A stretch of 47,306 nucleotides of DNA from an uncultured Alphaproteobacteria bacterium (GCA_944392815.1 CALXXY010000005.1:1-47306), one strand, 5' to 3'. Positions 9,258 to 19,071 are shown, counted from the first letter of the stretch. Made by a program: numbers and translations. The notes: generated from the letters alone by a model not told the origin.

Positions 9258-9353
9258 ATGTTTTTACCATTTTGGCGACTGTTTACTGCGCTGTTTGTAT
9301 ACTATTTAATGCTCGAGGGGTTAAAAGCCGTCGGTTTGGTAAAATCTAAATAA
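9258..9353 (+). CDS. Small 31-aa hydrophobic membrane peptide (not in ORF track)
   Basis: AAGGA RBS, ATG 9258, MFLPFWRLFTALFVYYLMLEGLKAVGLVKSK*, directly downstream of a consensus promoter. Confidence 0.6.
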   Translation: MFLPFWRLFTALFVYYLMLEGLKAVGLVKSK

Positions 9354-9409
9354 AAATGTTGCGTTTTTATAAATCATATGATTAAATAGGGGCACAAAAG
9401 GATTTTATT

Positions 9410-9562
9410 ATGGCAACAAAACGTACATATCAACCATCTAAAACGCGCCGCGTGCGTACGCACGGGTTCCGCGAACGTATGGCGACCAAGGGCGGCCGCG
9501 ATGTTTTGAATCGTCGTCGCGCAGCGGGTCGTAAAAGATTGGCTGTGAATGCAGCAAATTAA
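9410..9562 (+). CDS. rpmH: 50S ribosomal protein L34 (not in ORF track)
   Basis: [50 protein letters not shown]. Confidence 0.97.
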   Translation: MATKRTYQPSKTRRVRTHGFRERMATKGGRDVLNRRRAAGRKRLAVNAAN

Positions 9563-9588
9563 AAAATCGCCAATTGGCGATTTTTTTT
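9561..9588 (+). terminator. Intrinsic terminator after rpmH
   Basis: AAAAAATCGCC-AATT-GGCGATTTTTTTT. Confidence 0.85.
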
Positions 9589-9660
9589 GTGATGTTCGTT
9601 GCCGCACCACAGCGCAACGCGCTGCGCGCATAGTGATGTTATCGCACAGCGTGACAATAA

Positions 9661-9692
9661 TAGAGTGTAGAGTGGAGAGTGTAGAGTGTAGA
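9661..9692. repeat. Heptamer tandem repeat (TAGAGTG)x4 plus partial unit
   Basis: TAGAGTG TAGAGTG GAGAGTG TAGAGTG TAGA. Confidence 0.85.
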
Positions 9693-9726
9693 TAATGTCC
9701 GCGCATATGCGCGGGACATATATTAC

Positions 9727-9860
9727 TGTCATTGCGAAGGACTACGCCAACGTTGGAAACGTTGGCGTACGACTGTGGCAATCCAGTGCAATATGTCTGC
9801 GGGCGAATGCCCGCAGTGCTTTTTTATTTACTGGATCGCCACGCTTTGCTCGCGATGACA
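9727..9860. repeat. Palindromic repeat element A (TGTCATTGCG...GTGGCAATCCAG...CTGGATCGCCAC...CGCGATGACA), RPE/REP-like
   Basis: Terminal and internal inverted repeats; internally deleted copy at 35169-35240. Confidence 0.85.
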
Positions 9861-9863
9861 AGG

Positions 9864-9897
9864 GGGAGTAAGTGCGGTTTCTTGTAATCTCTAACCA
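9864..9897 (+). repeat. 34-nt non-palindromic motif M, copy 1 of 4
   Basis: GGGAGTAAGTGCGGTTTCTTGTAATCTCTAACCA; also at 35244, 35556, 36494. Confidence 0.9.
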
Positions 9898-9902
9898 AAA
9901 TA

Positions 9903-10631
9903 TTACATTTCTGTCCAGGTACAGATGACGTCTGCGTGGACTGTATCACCAGTTTTTATTTTATGGTGGCTGGTCAGGCCGTCTATCATAACATCAACCG
10001 CAATTTCGGGGGTGTCGGGACTGATTTCTTTTTTGAAATTTAATTCCAGGCGTTTCAATTTATGTTGATTGCGGTATACATAACCAACGCTTTCAGTTGC
10101 CCATACTGCATACACCGCGTTGTTAATATGCTGATTCACGTCAATGTCGTCAAATCTGCATTTCATAGTATGCGTTTTTGTCGGCGTGAAATCAGGAAAC
10201 TTTTCAAACGGTACGTCCCACGCACGTTCAGGAATAATTTCCCAATATGGTAAGTTTTCGTCCAATTTTAACGGACGGCGACGCGCCATATCAATCAACA
10301 CCCACTGGGACGTCGCGCGCACCAACAGGCGGCCATCTGCGCCGCGAACCTCGAAATCACGGGTGGCGCGCAACATATCATGTGCAGACGGCCATGTGAT
10401 GAACGATAATTCTTCGCCTTCGCGGGGGTCTTCGATAATATCGACCAGGTAATGCGTGACGACCCATGCCATATCATGCGCCAGCAAATATGTGCGCCCA
10501 CACCCCAGGATTTCTGCGTGCGTGTCGGCGACGCCCTGTAATTCATTCATCAATATTAACGGGCGAACATATCCATAACGGTCGCACTGATATGCCTGCA
10601 GTACGCGTTTTTCAATCAATTTTTGTGCCAA
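9903..10631 (-). CDS. Acyl-ACP thioesterase (double hotdog fold)
   Basis: DIDVNQHINNAVY catalytic motif, ATSQWVLIDMARRRP; likely TTG start at 10631 just after the valS stop with AAAGGTG RBS. Confidence 0.9.
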   Translation of the reverse strand: MAQKLIEKRVLQAYQCDRYGYVRPLILMNELQGVADTHAEILGCGRTYLLAHDMAWVVTHYLVDIIEDPREGEELSFITWPSAHDMLRATRDFEVRGADGRLLVRATSQWVLIDMARRRPLKLDENLPYWEIIPERAWDVPFEKFPDFTPTKTHTMKCRFDDIDVNQHINNAVYAVWATESVGYVYRNQHKLKRLELNFKKEISPDTPEIAVDVMIDGLTSHHKIKTGDTVHADVICTWTEM

Positions 10632-10632
10632 T

Positions 10633-13044
10633 TTATTCACCTTTGGATTGTGGTGCAGCGGCAACAACGAAATCAATTGCGTCGCCCAGAATAATTTCGT
10701 TTGCACGCGCGGCAGATTTTATCACACCGTGCAATGCAGATGGTGTGTCGGCTGGAATCGTCAATGTTTCCAGTTTGGCCCCGTTGCCGATTTTCCGTTC
10801 TGTGCGCATGGTACGAACTGTTTTTAATATGTCCAGCGCAATCTGCATTTCAGACACATCTGTATCGCGCGCGGCGGCCGGCGCCGGGAACGCAGTCAGG
10901 TGCAATGTTTCGCCACATTCGAACGGTTTATAAATCTGTTGCCACAACTCCTCGGTTTGGAACGGAATGAACGGCGCATACATACCAATAATGGCACGCA
11001 ACACTTCGAACAATGTCCATTGTGCCGACAATTTTGATTCCGCACTGTATTTTTCAGGTGACCAAAATCTGTCTTTGATAAATTCCAGATATTGGTCGCA
11101 GAACACTTCATAGAAAAACGTATCCAATGCAGCGCGCGCGTTGCAATTGTCGTATTTATCCAAATGTTTGCGCACATCTGCGATGGCGGTGTTCAATTCA
11201 GACAGCACCCATCTGTCTTCGATAAATCTGTTTTCAATTGCGACGGGCGTGGCGGCGTTTGGTTCAAAATCTGTTAAATTCATCAGAACATATTTCGACG
11301 CGTTCCACAATTTTGTTAACAGTTTTGAACCGCGTTTGATTTCTTCCTCGCTGTATCTGATATCTGTGCCAATTGGGGCGGTTGCAACCCAATAACGCAA
11401 TGCATCCACACCAAATTTTTCAATAACGACCAATGGGTCTGTGCCGTTGCCCTTGGTTTTTGACATTTTTTGACCGTGGGCGTCACGAATTAATCCGTGG
11501 AAATTCACAGTTTTAAACGGAACGTCGCCCATGACATACATGCCCATCATTATCATACGCGCAACCCAGAAAAATATAATATCTGCGGCCGTGTATAACA
11601 AATCTGTCGGGTAATAGCGTTTTAATTCAGGCGTTTCGTCCGGCCAACCCAATGTGGAAAATGGCCACAGCGCAGACGAAAACCATGTATCCAACACGTC
11701 TGAATCACGTGTTAATTCGCGACCGCCTGATTGTTTTATGGCGTCTGATTCAGTTTCTGCAACGTATACGTTGCCGTCCGCATCATACCACGCAGGTATA
11801 CGATGTCCCCACCATAACTGGCGCGAAATTGGCCACTGGCGAATATTTTTCATCCAGGACATATACAGATTATATCTGTGTTCAGGCATGAATTTAATTT
11901 TACCGGATTCAACAGCGTCTATGGCGGGGGCAACCAGTTTGGTCGTATCCACGAACCATTGGTCTGTTAAATACGGTTCAACCACCACGCCACCACGTTC
12001 AGAATATGGGGTTGGGATAATTTTATCTTCTATTTTCACCAACAGGCCGGCCGCGTCAATATCCGCAACGATTTCCGCGCGTGCGGCAAATCTGTCCATG
12101 CCGCGATATTTTTCAGGCACCACCGGATTGTCATTCAATTTTGCGTCCGGGGTTAAAATATTCACCGGGGTCAGGTTGTGGCGGACGCCAACATCCCAGT
12201 CGTCAAAGTCATGGGCCGGGGTAATTTTCACGGCACCTGTACCCTTGTCCGGGTCGGCGTGTTCATCGGCAATGATTGGTATTTCGATGTTTGTTAATGG
12301 AATTATCGCACGACGCCCAATTAAATGTTTTAATTTTTCATTTTCTGGGTGCACTGCGATTGCCTGGTCGCCGAACAATGTTTCTGGACGCGTGGTTGCA
12401 ATTTCAACAGTGCCGCCCCCCACCAACGGATAATTGAAATAGTAGAATTTTCCGTGTTCTTCGCGGGTTTCAACCTCCAGATCAGAAACTGATGTTTGTT
12501 GTTTCGGGCACCAGTTCACCAAACGTTTCGCGCGGTAAATTATGCCCTCGTTATACATTTTGACGAACAGTTTTGTCACCGCGTGCGACAGCCCTTCGTC
12601 CATAGTGAAACGTTCGCGCGACCACGCCGGCGTCGCACCCAATATGTGTAATTGATTTATAATCTGGCCGCCTTTGTCCGCTTTCCATGCCCAGGCGGTT
12701 TTTAATAATTCTTCTTTGCTTAAACTGCGGGGATTTATTCCACGTTTTGATAAATCGCGTTCAACCAACAATTGGGTCGCAATTGACGCATGGTCTGTGC
12801 CCGGTTGCCATAAAACATCGTATCCACACATGCGTTTATACCGGCACATAATGTCTGTCAAAACATTATTCAGCGCATGTCCCATGTGCAGATTTCCCGT
12901 CACGTTTGGTGGTGGCATCATTACACAAAACGACGGCTTGTCCGATTTAACATCGTTGTTCCAAAAATTATTAGAATCCCAAAATTGCTGAATTTTGGTT
13001 TCCATTTCACGCGTGTTTATGTTTTTGCCCAATTCAATTTTCAT
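10633..13044 (-). CDS. valS: Valine--tRNA ligase (short, no C-terminal coiled-coil arm)
   Basis: PPPNVTGNLHMGHA (HIGH), ATTRPET, GTGAVKITPAHDFDD, ISRQLWWGHRIP, KMSKT. Confidence 0.97.
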   Translation of the reverse strand: MKIELGKNINTREMETKIQQFWDSNNFWNNDVKSDKPSFCVMMPPPNVTGNLHMGHALNNVLTDIMCRYKRMCGYDVLWQPGTDHASIATQLLVERDLSKRGINPRSLSKEELLKTAWAWKADKGGQIINQLHILGATPAWSRERFTMDEGLSHAVTKLFVKMYNEGIIYRAKRLVNWCPKQQTSVSDLEVETREEHGKFYYFNYPLVGGGTVEIATTRPETLFGDQAIAVHPENEKLKHLIGRRAIIPLTNIEIPIIADEHADPDKGTGAVKITPAHDFDDWDVGVRHNLTPVNILTPDAKLNDNPVVPEKYRGMDRFAARAEIVADIDAAGLLVKIEDKIIPTPYSERGGVVVEPYLTDQWFVDTTKLVAPAIDAVESGKIKFMPEHRYNLYMSWMKNIRQWPISRQLWWGHRIPAWYDADGNVYVAETESDAIKQSGGRELTRDSDVLDTWFSSALWPFSTLGWPDETPELKRYYPTDLLYTAADIIFFWVARMIMMGMYVMGDVPFKTVNFHGLIRDAHGQKMSKTKGNGTDPLVVIEKFGVDALRYWVATAPIGTDIRYSEEEIKRGSKLLTKLWNASKYVLMNLTDFEPNAATPVAIENRFIEDRWVLSELNTAIADVRKHLDKYDNCNARAALDTFFYEVFCDQYLEFIKDRFWSPEKYSAESKLSAQWTLFEVLRAIIGMYAPFIPFQTEELWQQIYKPFECGETLHLTAFPAPAAARDTDVSEMQIALDILKTVRTMRTERKIGNGAKLETLTIPADTPSALHGVIKSAARANEIILGDAIDFVVAAAPQSKGE

Positions 13045-13156
13045 TGTTGTACCCCGCTAAAATTATATCCCGTCAATCCTAGCAGATAAAAAATAAAATT
13101 CAAGGCATTGTTATAATATCCTTGACAAATCCGGGCTTTGTAATACGATGGTGCGT

Positions 13157-13558
13157 ATGACAGACGCAATGTTTGATTTTCTGTATCTGCAAATTCCGAA
13201 AAGTTATATTTCGGTAATCAATAATGTCATGGGAACTGTATATTCGTTCGATTACATCGATCCAAACGGCGAATTGGTTCATTTTGATTTGACATGCGCT
13301 TATTCACATGCCGGGACAAAAAATGTTTATGCCATGTATGAATTGACTGCGGATTCTGAATTAATTGCCCGTGCAATCAAACCTGTGTTCGACCGGGGCA
13401 CAAAACCAAAAACTATGCCACGGCGTCCGACATTGGCCGACAAACTGGAATCTTTGCTGTTGCTGTGTTCAATGAAAATTATTGAACAGGAATACACATG
13501 TCATTCGCGTCATATGTTAAAAACATTCATCAACGATTTTAATCAAAAAAGCAGTTAA
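13157..13558 (+). CDS. Hypothetical protein
   Basis: Open frame filling the gap between valS and comF; TTGACA(13122)-16-TACGAT promoter overlaps ATG 13148, favouring ATG 13157. Confidence 0.7.
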   Translation: MTDAMFDFLYLQIPKSYISVINNVMGTVYSFDYIDPNGELVHFDLTCAYSHAGTKNVYAMYELTADSELIARAIKPVFDRGTKPKTMPRRPTLADKLESLLLLCSMKIIEQEYTCHSRHMLKTFINDFNQKSS

Positions 13559-13560
13559 AA

Positions 13561-14319
13561 CTAAATTGCACGGGCAACGCGACAAAATGTCACGCCATAT
13601 ACGGCTGTGGCGCCTGCCCTGCGCAGAACCCGATTTAATTCCGAAAATGTTGCGCCGGTTGTCATGACGTCGTCAACCAATAAAATACGCCGGCCTGCAA
13701 TTTTGTCTGGACGCGTGATGGTAAACACACCATGAATGTTTTCAGCACGTTGCGCGGCATTTTTATGTCCCATGTCAGGTCTGTATTTACGGTGAATACT
13801 GGCTGTATCCAGGGGAACGCCATATGCGCGTGCAATCGGGCGCGCCAGCAAAGTCGCCTGGTTATAGCCCCGATGAAACATACGTCGCCACGCCAATGGA
13901 ACTGGGATAACAATGTCTGGGGACAAATCCGTATCGCGCAGCGCCCAAATCATTGCGCGTGACATGAATGCTGAATTTTTAATACGACCCGCGTGCTTGA
14001 ACGGCAATACAGCCGCACGCGACGCGTCATCGTACACGCACGCTGAACGAATTAAATCCAGCGCACAACCGCCCGCCATACAATTCGGGCATAATGGATG
14101 CGAACCCAAATCCAAGTTTGCTGGAAATGGATATCCGCATTTGTCACACATGGGACGCGATATCCAATTAAACGCTGTCCAACAATCTGCACATAATTCG
14201 CCATCAACAGACACAGCCGCGCCGCACAATGGACACGCAGATGGAAATAAAAAATTAACAGAAAAACGCGCGATGTTGGAAATCAACTGTATCGCGCGCG
14301 AGTGTTTGGAATTTACCAC
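13561..14319 (-). CDS. comF: ComF family protein (double zinc ribbon plus PRTase)
   Basis: LFPSACPLC...LCADC...CDKCG...CPNC, PVPL...RGYNQA, ILLVDDVMTTGAT. Confidence 0.93.
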   Translation of the reverse strand: MVNSKHSRAIQLISNIARFSVNFLFPSACPLCGAAVSVDGELCADCWTAFNWISRPMCDKCGYPFPANLDLGSHPLCPNCMAGGCALDLIRSACVYDDASRAAVLPFKHAGRIKNSAFMSRAMIWALRDTDLSPDIVIPVPLAWRRMFHRGYNQATLLARPIARAYGVPLDTASIHRKYRPDMGHKNAAQRAENIHGVFTITRPDKIAGRRILLVDDVMTTGATFSELNRVLRRAGATAVYGVTFCRVARAI

Positions 14320-15686
14320 GACATACTTCTGTACGTTTTTTTACTGACGGTATCACCGAATACATCACGTTGACGTTTGGTCAATGTTTCATATTGATCC
14401 AACGATATCATGCGCAGCACCAGGCCATCTTCGTCACGCGCAGACAGCACCGGCAAAATACGCTGTTCTGAAATTCCATTGTCACGCAAAACCTGTTCGA
14501 TTATCGCCAAACGACGCGCCGCCAATTTGCGCGCATCATCATCAGACGCAACACTTTGCGGGATTGATACCTGGACCGCACGAGTCGGGTTGCTTAACAC
14601 TATGCCCGCATATTCGGTCAGCAAATTATAATTATCGCGTGATAATGCAGCGTCGTCATTGCGGAAATTGATTTTAATTTCCAGTGGACGGATTCCGCCG
14701 GATTCGGACAAATCGCGGGCGGACGTAAATCCCATGGCGTTTTCAGTCATATCACTGGCCACATCGAATCTGTCGTCAATCTGAAATGTAGACAGGTGTT
14801 TGTTTTCTGATAAAAATGTTTTTCTGAATGCACGACGTAATTCACTGGGGCTCATTTTCGTCATGTCGTCACGCACGGCCGCAATGCGCGGTGATTCCGC
14901 ACGTTTAACAGCACGAACCACAACATCGTCAGACGAATTTATATCGTCCATCGGCACAACCATTTGCGACAATTTTACATCTGTATCATCAACAGTATTT
15001 TGTGCAACAACCGGCGCAGCGTTTGTAGCGACCGGACGTGCAACAACCCTGCGCGATGCGACGCGCGATGGTGTTGGCGCGGGTTCGGCCACCGTTGCGG
15101 CGGCCACGCGTACACTTTCGTCCGCACGGCGTTGCAATTCATTCAGGCGCGCAATTTGCGCATCCAATTCGGATAACGGTTCTGTCACCTGGGGTGCAGC
15201 GGCAACGCGCGTGGCGCGCGGTGACGGCGAATTTGCTGATGTGGAATTCAAACTTTCTTCTGGTAATAAATCGTCGGAACGAATAACGGAAAATTCATCT
15301 GGCGTCGGCAAACGTAATGGCGCAACCGTTGACGATGTATTATGTGCCCATAAATCCGCACTGGGGCGGCGCGGCGACAACACATCGGCCGCGGCAACAA
15401 TTTGTTCACCACTGTCAGTGGACGGCGATGGCATCACGGTTTTAACAGGCGTGGCACCGCGCGTGACGACACGTTTTTGCGTCGTTGCATCAGATGTATT
15501 TGTGTCAGATTTTTTTGCAACTGTGGTTGTGTTTTGTGTTTGTTTGGCCGGCGTCACGATTGGTTCACCAAACGCGGCACGCGCAGAAACGCCCGCCGAT
15601 GATAAATTAACAACCGGCAAACGCGCGTCCGCAAATGCCGGCAACGCAATAAACAGTGATAACACAGAAATTGCAATCTGTCGCAT
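14313..15686 (-). CDS. Exported protein with long Ala/Thr/Ser/Arg low-complexity region and degenerate C-terminal OmpA-like domain
   Basis: AGGAAAGG RBS; signal peptide MRQIAISVLSLFIALPAFA; INFRNDDAALS...RKLAARRLAIIEQVLRDNGISEQRI resembles OmpA_C. Confidence 0.8.
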   Translation of the reverse strand: MRQIAISVLSLFIALPAFADARLPVVNLSSAGVSARAAFGEPIVTPAKQTQNTTTVAKKSDTNTSDATTQKRVVTRGATPVKTVMPSPSTDSGEQIVAAADVLSPRRPSADLWAHNTSSTVAPLRLPTPDEFSVIRSDDLLPEESLNSTSANSPSPRATRVAAAPQVTEPLSELDAQIARLNELQRRADESVRVAAATVAEPAPTPSRVASRRVVARPVATNAAPVVAQNTVDDTDVKLSQMVVPMDDINSSDDVVVRAVKRAESPRIAAVRDDMTKMSPSELRRAFRKTFLSENKHLSTFQIDDRFDVASDMTENAMGFTSARDLSESGGIRPLEIKINFRNDDAALSRDNYNLLTEYAGIVLSNPTRAVQVSIPQSVASDDDARKLAARRLAIIEQVLRDNGISEQRILPVLSARDEDGLVLRMISLDQYETLTKRQRDVFGDTVSKKTYRSMSW

Positions 15687-15759
15687 TTTCCTTTCCTTCC
15701 TGATATTCATCATAGAACAAATGACGAATCGCACGCAAGTGGAAAAATGCGATTTCAGA

Positions 15760-16806
15760 TTATTTTGTTATTTCATCACAAATTATTTGAACCGCGTTAT
15801 TTGCAACCAATGATTTTTTTGCCATTTTTTCCAGGCGCATCGGGTTATCAAATAATTCAGTCAATGTCGCCGCCAACCATTTCGGTGTGAATTTTTCCTG
15901 GGGCACGGCAAACCCACCCCCCAGGCGCGCAAAACTGTTCGCGTTGGCGGCCTGGTCCGGGTTAATGTTCAACGGCACCAATATCGCGGGGCGACCAATT
16001 GTTTCCAATTCTACAACTGTGCTGGCGCCACTGCGACCAATCACCAAATCGGCATCGACAATCGCGCCGGCCATATCATGTATGAACGACAACACGTTCG
16101 CCCGAATTTTATTGTCTGCATATAATTTCTGCAGACGTGCCACGTTTTCAGGACGCGTTTGGTGTGTGACGAAAATCTTTTTATTTTTCATCTGCAAAAT
16201 CGCAGCAGGCACAACATCGTCCAAAATTTGCGCCCCCAATGACCCGCCCGTCACCAACAATTTTGACGCACCCGGCAATGGGGTGCCGGCGGCAGATAAA
16301 AATTCATGACGCACGGGCAATCCTGTATACACCACGCGCGCCGACGCATTTTGTGGAATACCGGATACAGACGAAAAACTGGTCATCAATGTTTTTACCC
16401 AGCGCAAAGAAAATTTATTTGCCCGGCCGATTGCCGCATTCTGTTCATGCAAAAATGTCGGTATATGCCACAGGTGCGCCGCAAACACAGCCGGCACAGA
16501 CGCGTATCCGCCAAACGCCACAACACGCGCCGGACGCGTAAACGCAAACCGCAATGTTAACCATGCGGCAGATACCGCGATTTTAAACAGCGCGATGATT
16601 TGATTCAGTTTGCTTTTTGCGCCAACGCCCGCCGCCCAAACGGCTGCGATTTTTGCGCCGTGTGGGGCGCCGTCCGCCACCATTTTACGCACGCGTCCAT
16701 CGCGCGAAATTATAACACTGTGACCACGTGCGATTAATTCGTCGGCCACACTTAACGCGGGATATACATGCCCGCCTGTACCACCCGTTGCAATCCAAAT
16801 TTTCAT
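15760..16806 (-). CDS. murG: Undecaprenyl-PP-MurNAc-pentapeptide GlcNAc transferase
   Basis: GGTGGHVYPA, GGYAS, HEQNA, GGSLGA, RSGASTVVE motifs. Confidence 0.96.
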   Translation of the reverse strand: MKIWIATGGTGGHVYPALSVADELIARGHSVIISRDGRVRKMVADGAPHGAKIAAVWAAGVGAKSKLNQIIALFKIAVSAAWLTLRFAFTRPARVVAFGGYASVPAVFAAHLWHIPTFLHEQNAAIGRANKFSLRWVKTLMTSFSSVSGIPQNASARVVYTGLPVRHEFLSAAGTPLPGASKLLVTGGSLGAQILDDVVPAAILQMKNKKIFVTHQTRPENVARLQKLYADNKIRANVLSFIHDMAGAIVDADLVIGRSGASTVVELETIGRPAILVPLNINPDQAANANSFARLGGGFAVPQEKFTPKWLAATLTELFDNPMRLEKMAKKSLVANNAVQIICDEITK

Positions 16807-16825
16807 GTATTTTACCCCCGTATTT

Positions 16826-17965
16826 TTATTTCCATTTATCTTCGCGGATAACTGCCAACAACATTCCAAACAACAAACAATATGACAACAGCGAACTGCC
16901 GCCATAGGATATGAATGGCAATGTCATTCCCTTTGGCGCGAATAAATTCAACGTAGACATTAAATTAATACATACCTGGGCGCCGAATAATGCCGCTGTG
17001 CCGCCCGCCGCATAGAACACAAATTTATCGCGCGCGTTCGTTGCGTCCACAACCAATCGACGTATTACCAACATTAAAAATATAATCAATCCACATGCAA
17101 CTATTGCGCCCGCATCTTCGGCAATGGCGGCAAATATAAAATCTGTATGCGCATCGGGCAAAGATTGTTTTACAAACGCACCATCGCCCTGGCCCAACAG
17201 TCCGCCATTTTGAATCGATTGAATTGATTGGGTCACCTGGTACGTGTCACCTGTGCCGGTAAAAAATGCAACTATACGATTATGCACGTGCGACATGGTT
17301 AAAAACGCCACACCAACCAATCCCAACCCCGCAACTGCGATTATAGGCAACGTCACGTATGGCAATCCCGCAATGAACAACATTGCGCCCAATACCACCA
17401 AATACAACACTGATGTTCCCAAATCAGGGTGAGTAAATATTATCAGCAACATTGCTGCAAACACCGCCAAATACGGCCACCACGACAGCCATTTAAATTG
17501 CCACGCCGATTTATTGAAAAATATGTCGTCCCCATACGTCGCGCGCATTTTTGATAAAAACCACGCTGTAATCATTATAAATCCGGGCTTCATAATATCA
17601 GCCGGCATAACATTTGCGAACCCCAGTGATACAAATCGCCGTGAACCGTTAATAACATGTGGTGCAACAACCGTCACCAGCAACAGCGCCAATCCGACCG
17701 CCACATTCAGCCATGAAATTCGCAACACCCATTTTTTATTTAACGCACTGGCCGCCAATAATGTCCCCAGCCCCAGTATGTAAAACGGGATTGCTTTGAC
17801 CAGGAAAAAATTCCACGACTGTCCAATACGTTCGGCCGCGACGGATCCAGCCGATATAACGTACAAAATACTGATTACAAACATAACCAATACATAGGCC
17901 AACAATCGCCGGTCTATTTCAAAATACCAACTGGTCAGTTTGCTTTCTTCGGTACGTTTTAACAT
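16826..17965 (-). CDS. ftsW: SEDS peptidoglycan polymerase FtsW
   Basis: Polytopic protein; PDLG, LPDAHTDFIFA, KGMTLPFISYGGSS; lies between mraY and murG. Confidence 0.93.
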   Translation of the reverse strand: MLKRTEESKLTSWYFEIDRRLLAYVLVMFVISILYVISAGSVAAERIGQSWNFFLVKAIPFYILGLGTLLAASALNKKWVLRISWLNVAVGLALLLVTVVAPHVINGSRRFVSLGFANVMPADIMKPGFIMITAWFLSKMRATYGDDIFFNKSAWQFKWLSWWPYLAVFAAMLLIIFTHPDLGTSVLYLVVLGAMLFIAGLPYVTLPIIAVAGLGLVGVAFLTMSHVHNRIVAFFTGTGDTYQVTQSIQSIQNGGLLGQGDGAFVKQSLPDAHTDFIFAAIAEDAGAIVACGLIIFLMLVIRRLVVDATNARDKFVFYAAGGTAALFGAQVCINLMSTLNLFAPKGMTLPFISYGGSSLLSYCLLFGMLLAVIREDKWK

Positions 17966-17982
17966 ATTTGTTCAATTATTTT

Positions 17983-19071
17983 TTATGCAAATTTCAATAA
18001 CACCAACGCCAGGCCTGAAAACAGTACAGACATTATGAAAAATCTGTCGACTATTTTTGTTTCGGTCCAGCCCAATTCTTCGAAATGATGGTGTAGTGGG
18101 GCACGCAAAAATACACGACGACCCGTGCCGGTGATTTTGCGCGTTGCTTTGAAATACATTGTTTGTATAAACGAAGACAGCAAAATCAGTACCATCATGC
18201 CGGCCGCTATGCCCATGATGATTTCTGATTTCAACAGCATTGCAACCGTACCCATAAATCCGCCCAATGCCAACGACCCGACGTCGCCCATAAATATGGA
18301 CGCAGGTTTCGCATTGAACCATAAAAATCCCAGCACTGCGCCGAACGCCGCGCCCAATACGGCGTACAGGCCACTAGCCGTCGGCAAAAACATAACCGTG
18401 TCCATAAATCCGATGCGTGTCGCGCCGTACAAAGCCACAACCAACACCACCAGTACCGGCATGTATAATTTAGCCAGCATACCGTCCAGCCCATCTGTGA
18501 TATTTGTGGCATTTGCACTGCCTGCGATAACAAAATACGCAAATACATAATACCATATACCCAACGGCAAAATGATTCCAAACGGCAATGCCAACGATAA
18601 TTCTGGGATATACAATGGTATCGTTTTGTTCACCAGATATGCCAACAGGATAACACAGGCGCCCTCGGCCAGCAGACGGGTTAACGGCGACAGACCGTTC
18701 GAGGCCTTTTTAGATTGGGACGCAACTTTTTTATAATCATCTATGAATCCAATTGCGCCGAATAATACCAACGACAGCAATGCTATCCAACCGGTTGGAT
18801 TATTCACAGGCATAAACAAAATACTGGAAATTATTATCGCGATAACAATCAACAGCCCCCCCATGGTTGGGGTGCCTGCTTTTTTTCTGTGTTCGGCCGG
18901 AACATTTTCACTGATTGGCTGGCCACGTTTTTGAATACGGTGCATGGCCCGAATAAATGGCCGCCCAAACAAAATCATAATCAAAAACGCCAGGCCAAAA
19001 CCCGCAGCAAACTGGGCCCAGCCACTGGCAAAAAACGTAGCACCATGCCCCAAAAACAAAGATGTCAGCAT
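17983..19071 (-). CDS. mraY: Phospho-N-acetylmuramoyl-pentapeptide transferase
   Basis: KAGTPTMGG, GFIDDY, NATNITDGLDG, FMGDVGS, APLHHHFE. Confidence 0.97.
   Translation of the reverse strand: MLTSLFLGHGATFFASGWAQFAAGFGLAFLIMILFGRPFIRAMHRIQKRGQPISENVPAEHRKKAGTPTMGGLLIVIAIIISSILFMPVNNPTGWIALLSLVLFGAIGFIDDYKKVASQSKKASNGLSPLTRLLAEGACVILLAYLVNKTIPLYIPELSLALPFGIILPLGIWYYVFAYFVIAGSANATNITDGLDGMLAKLYMPVLVVLVVALYGATRIGFMDTVMFLPTASGLYAVLGAAFGAVLGFLWFNAKPASIFMGDVGSLALGGFMGTVAMLLKSEIIMGIAAGMMVLILLSSFIQTMYFKATRKITGTGRRVFLRAPLHHHFEELGWTETKIVDRFFIMSVLFSGLALVLLKFA

Noticed and set aside
9374-9781. 135-aa minus-strand ORF
   Set aside because: Antisense to rpmH and runs through repeats; the LSTLHS periodicity comes from the heptamer repeat
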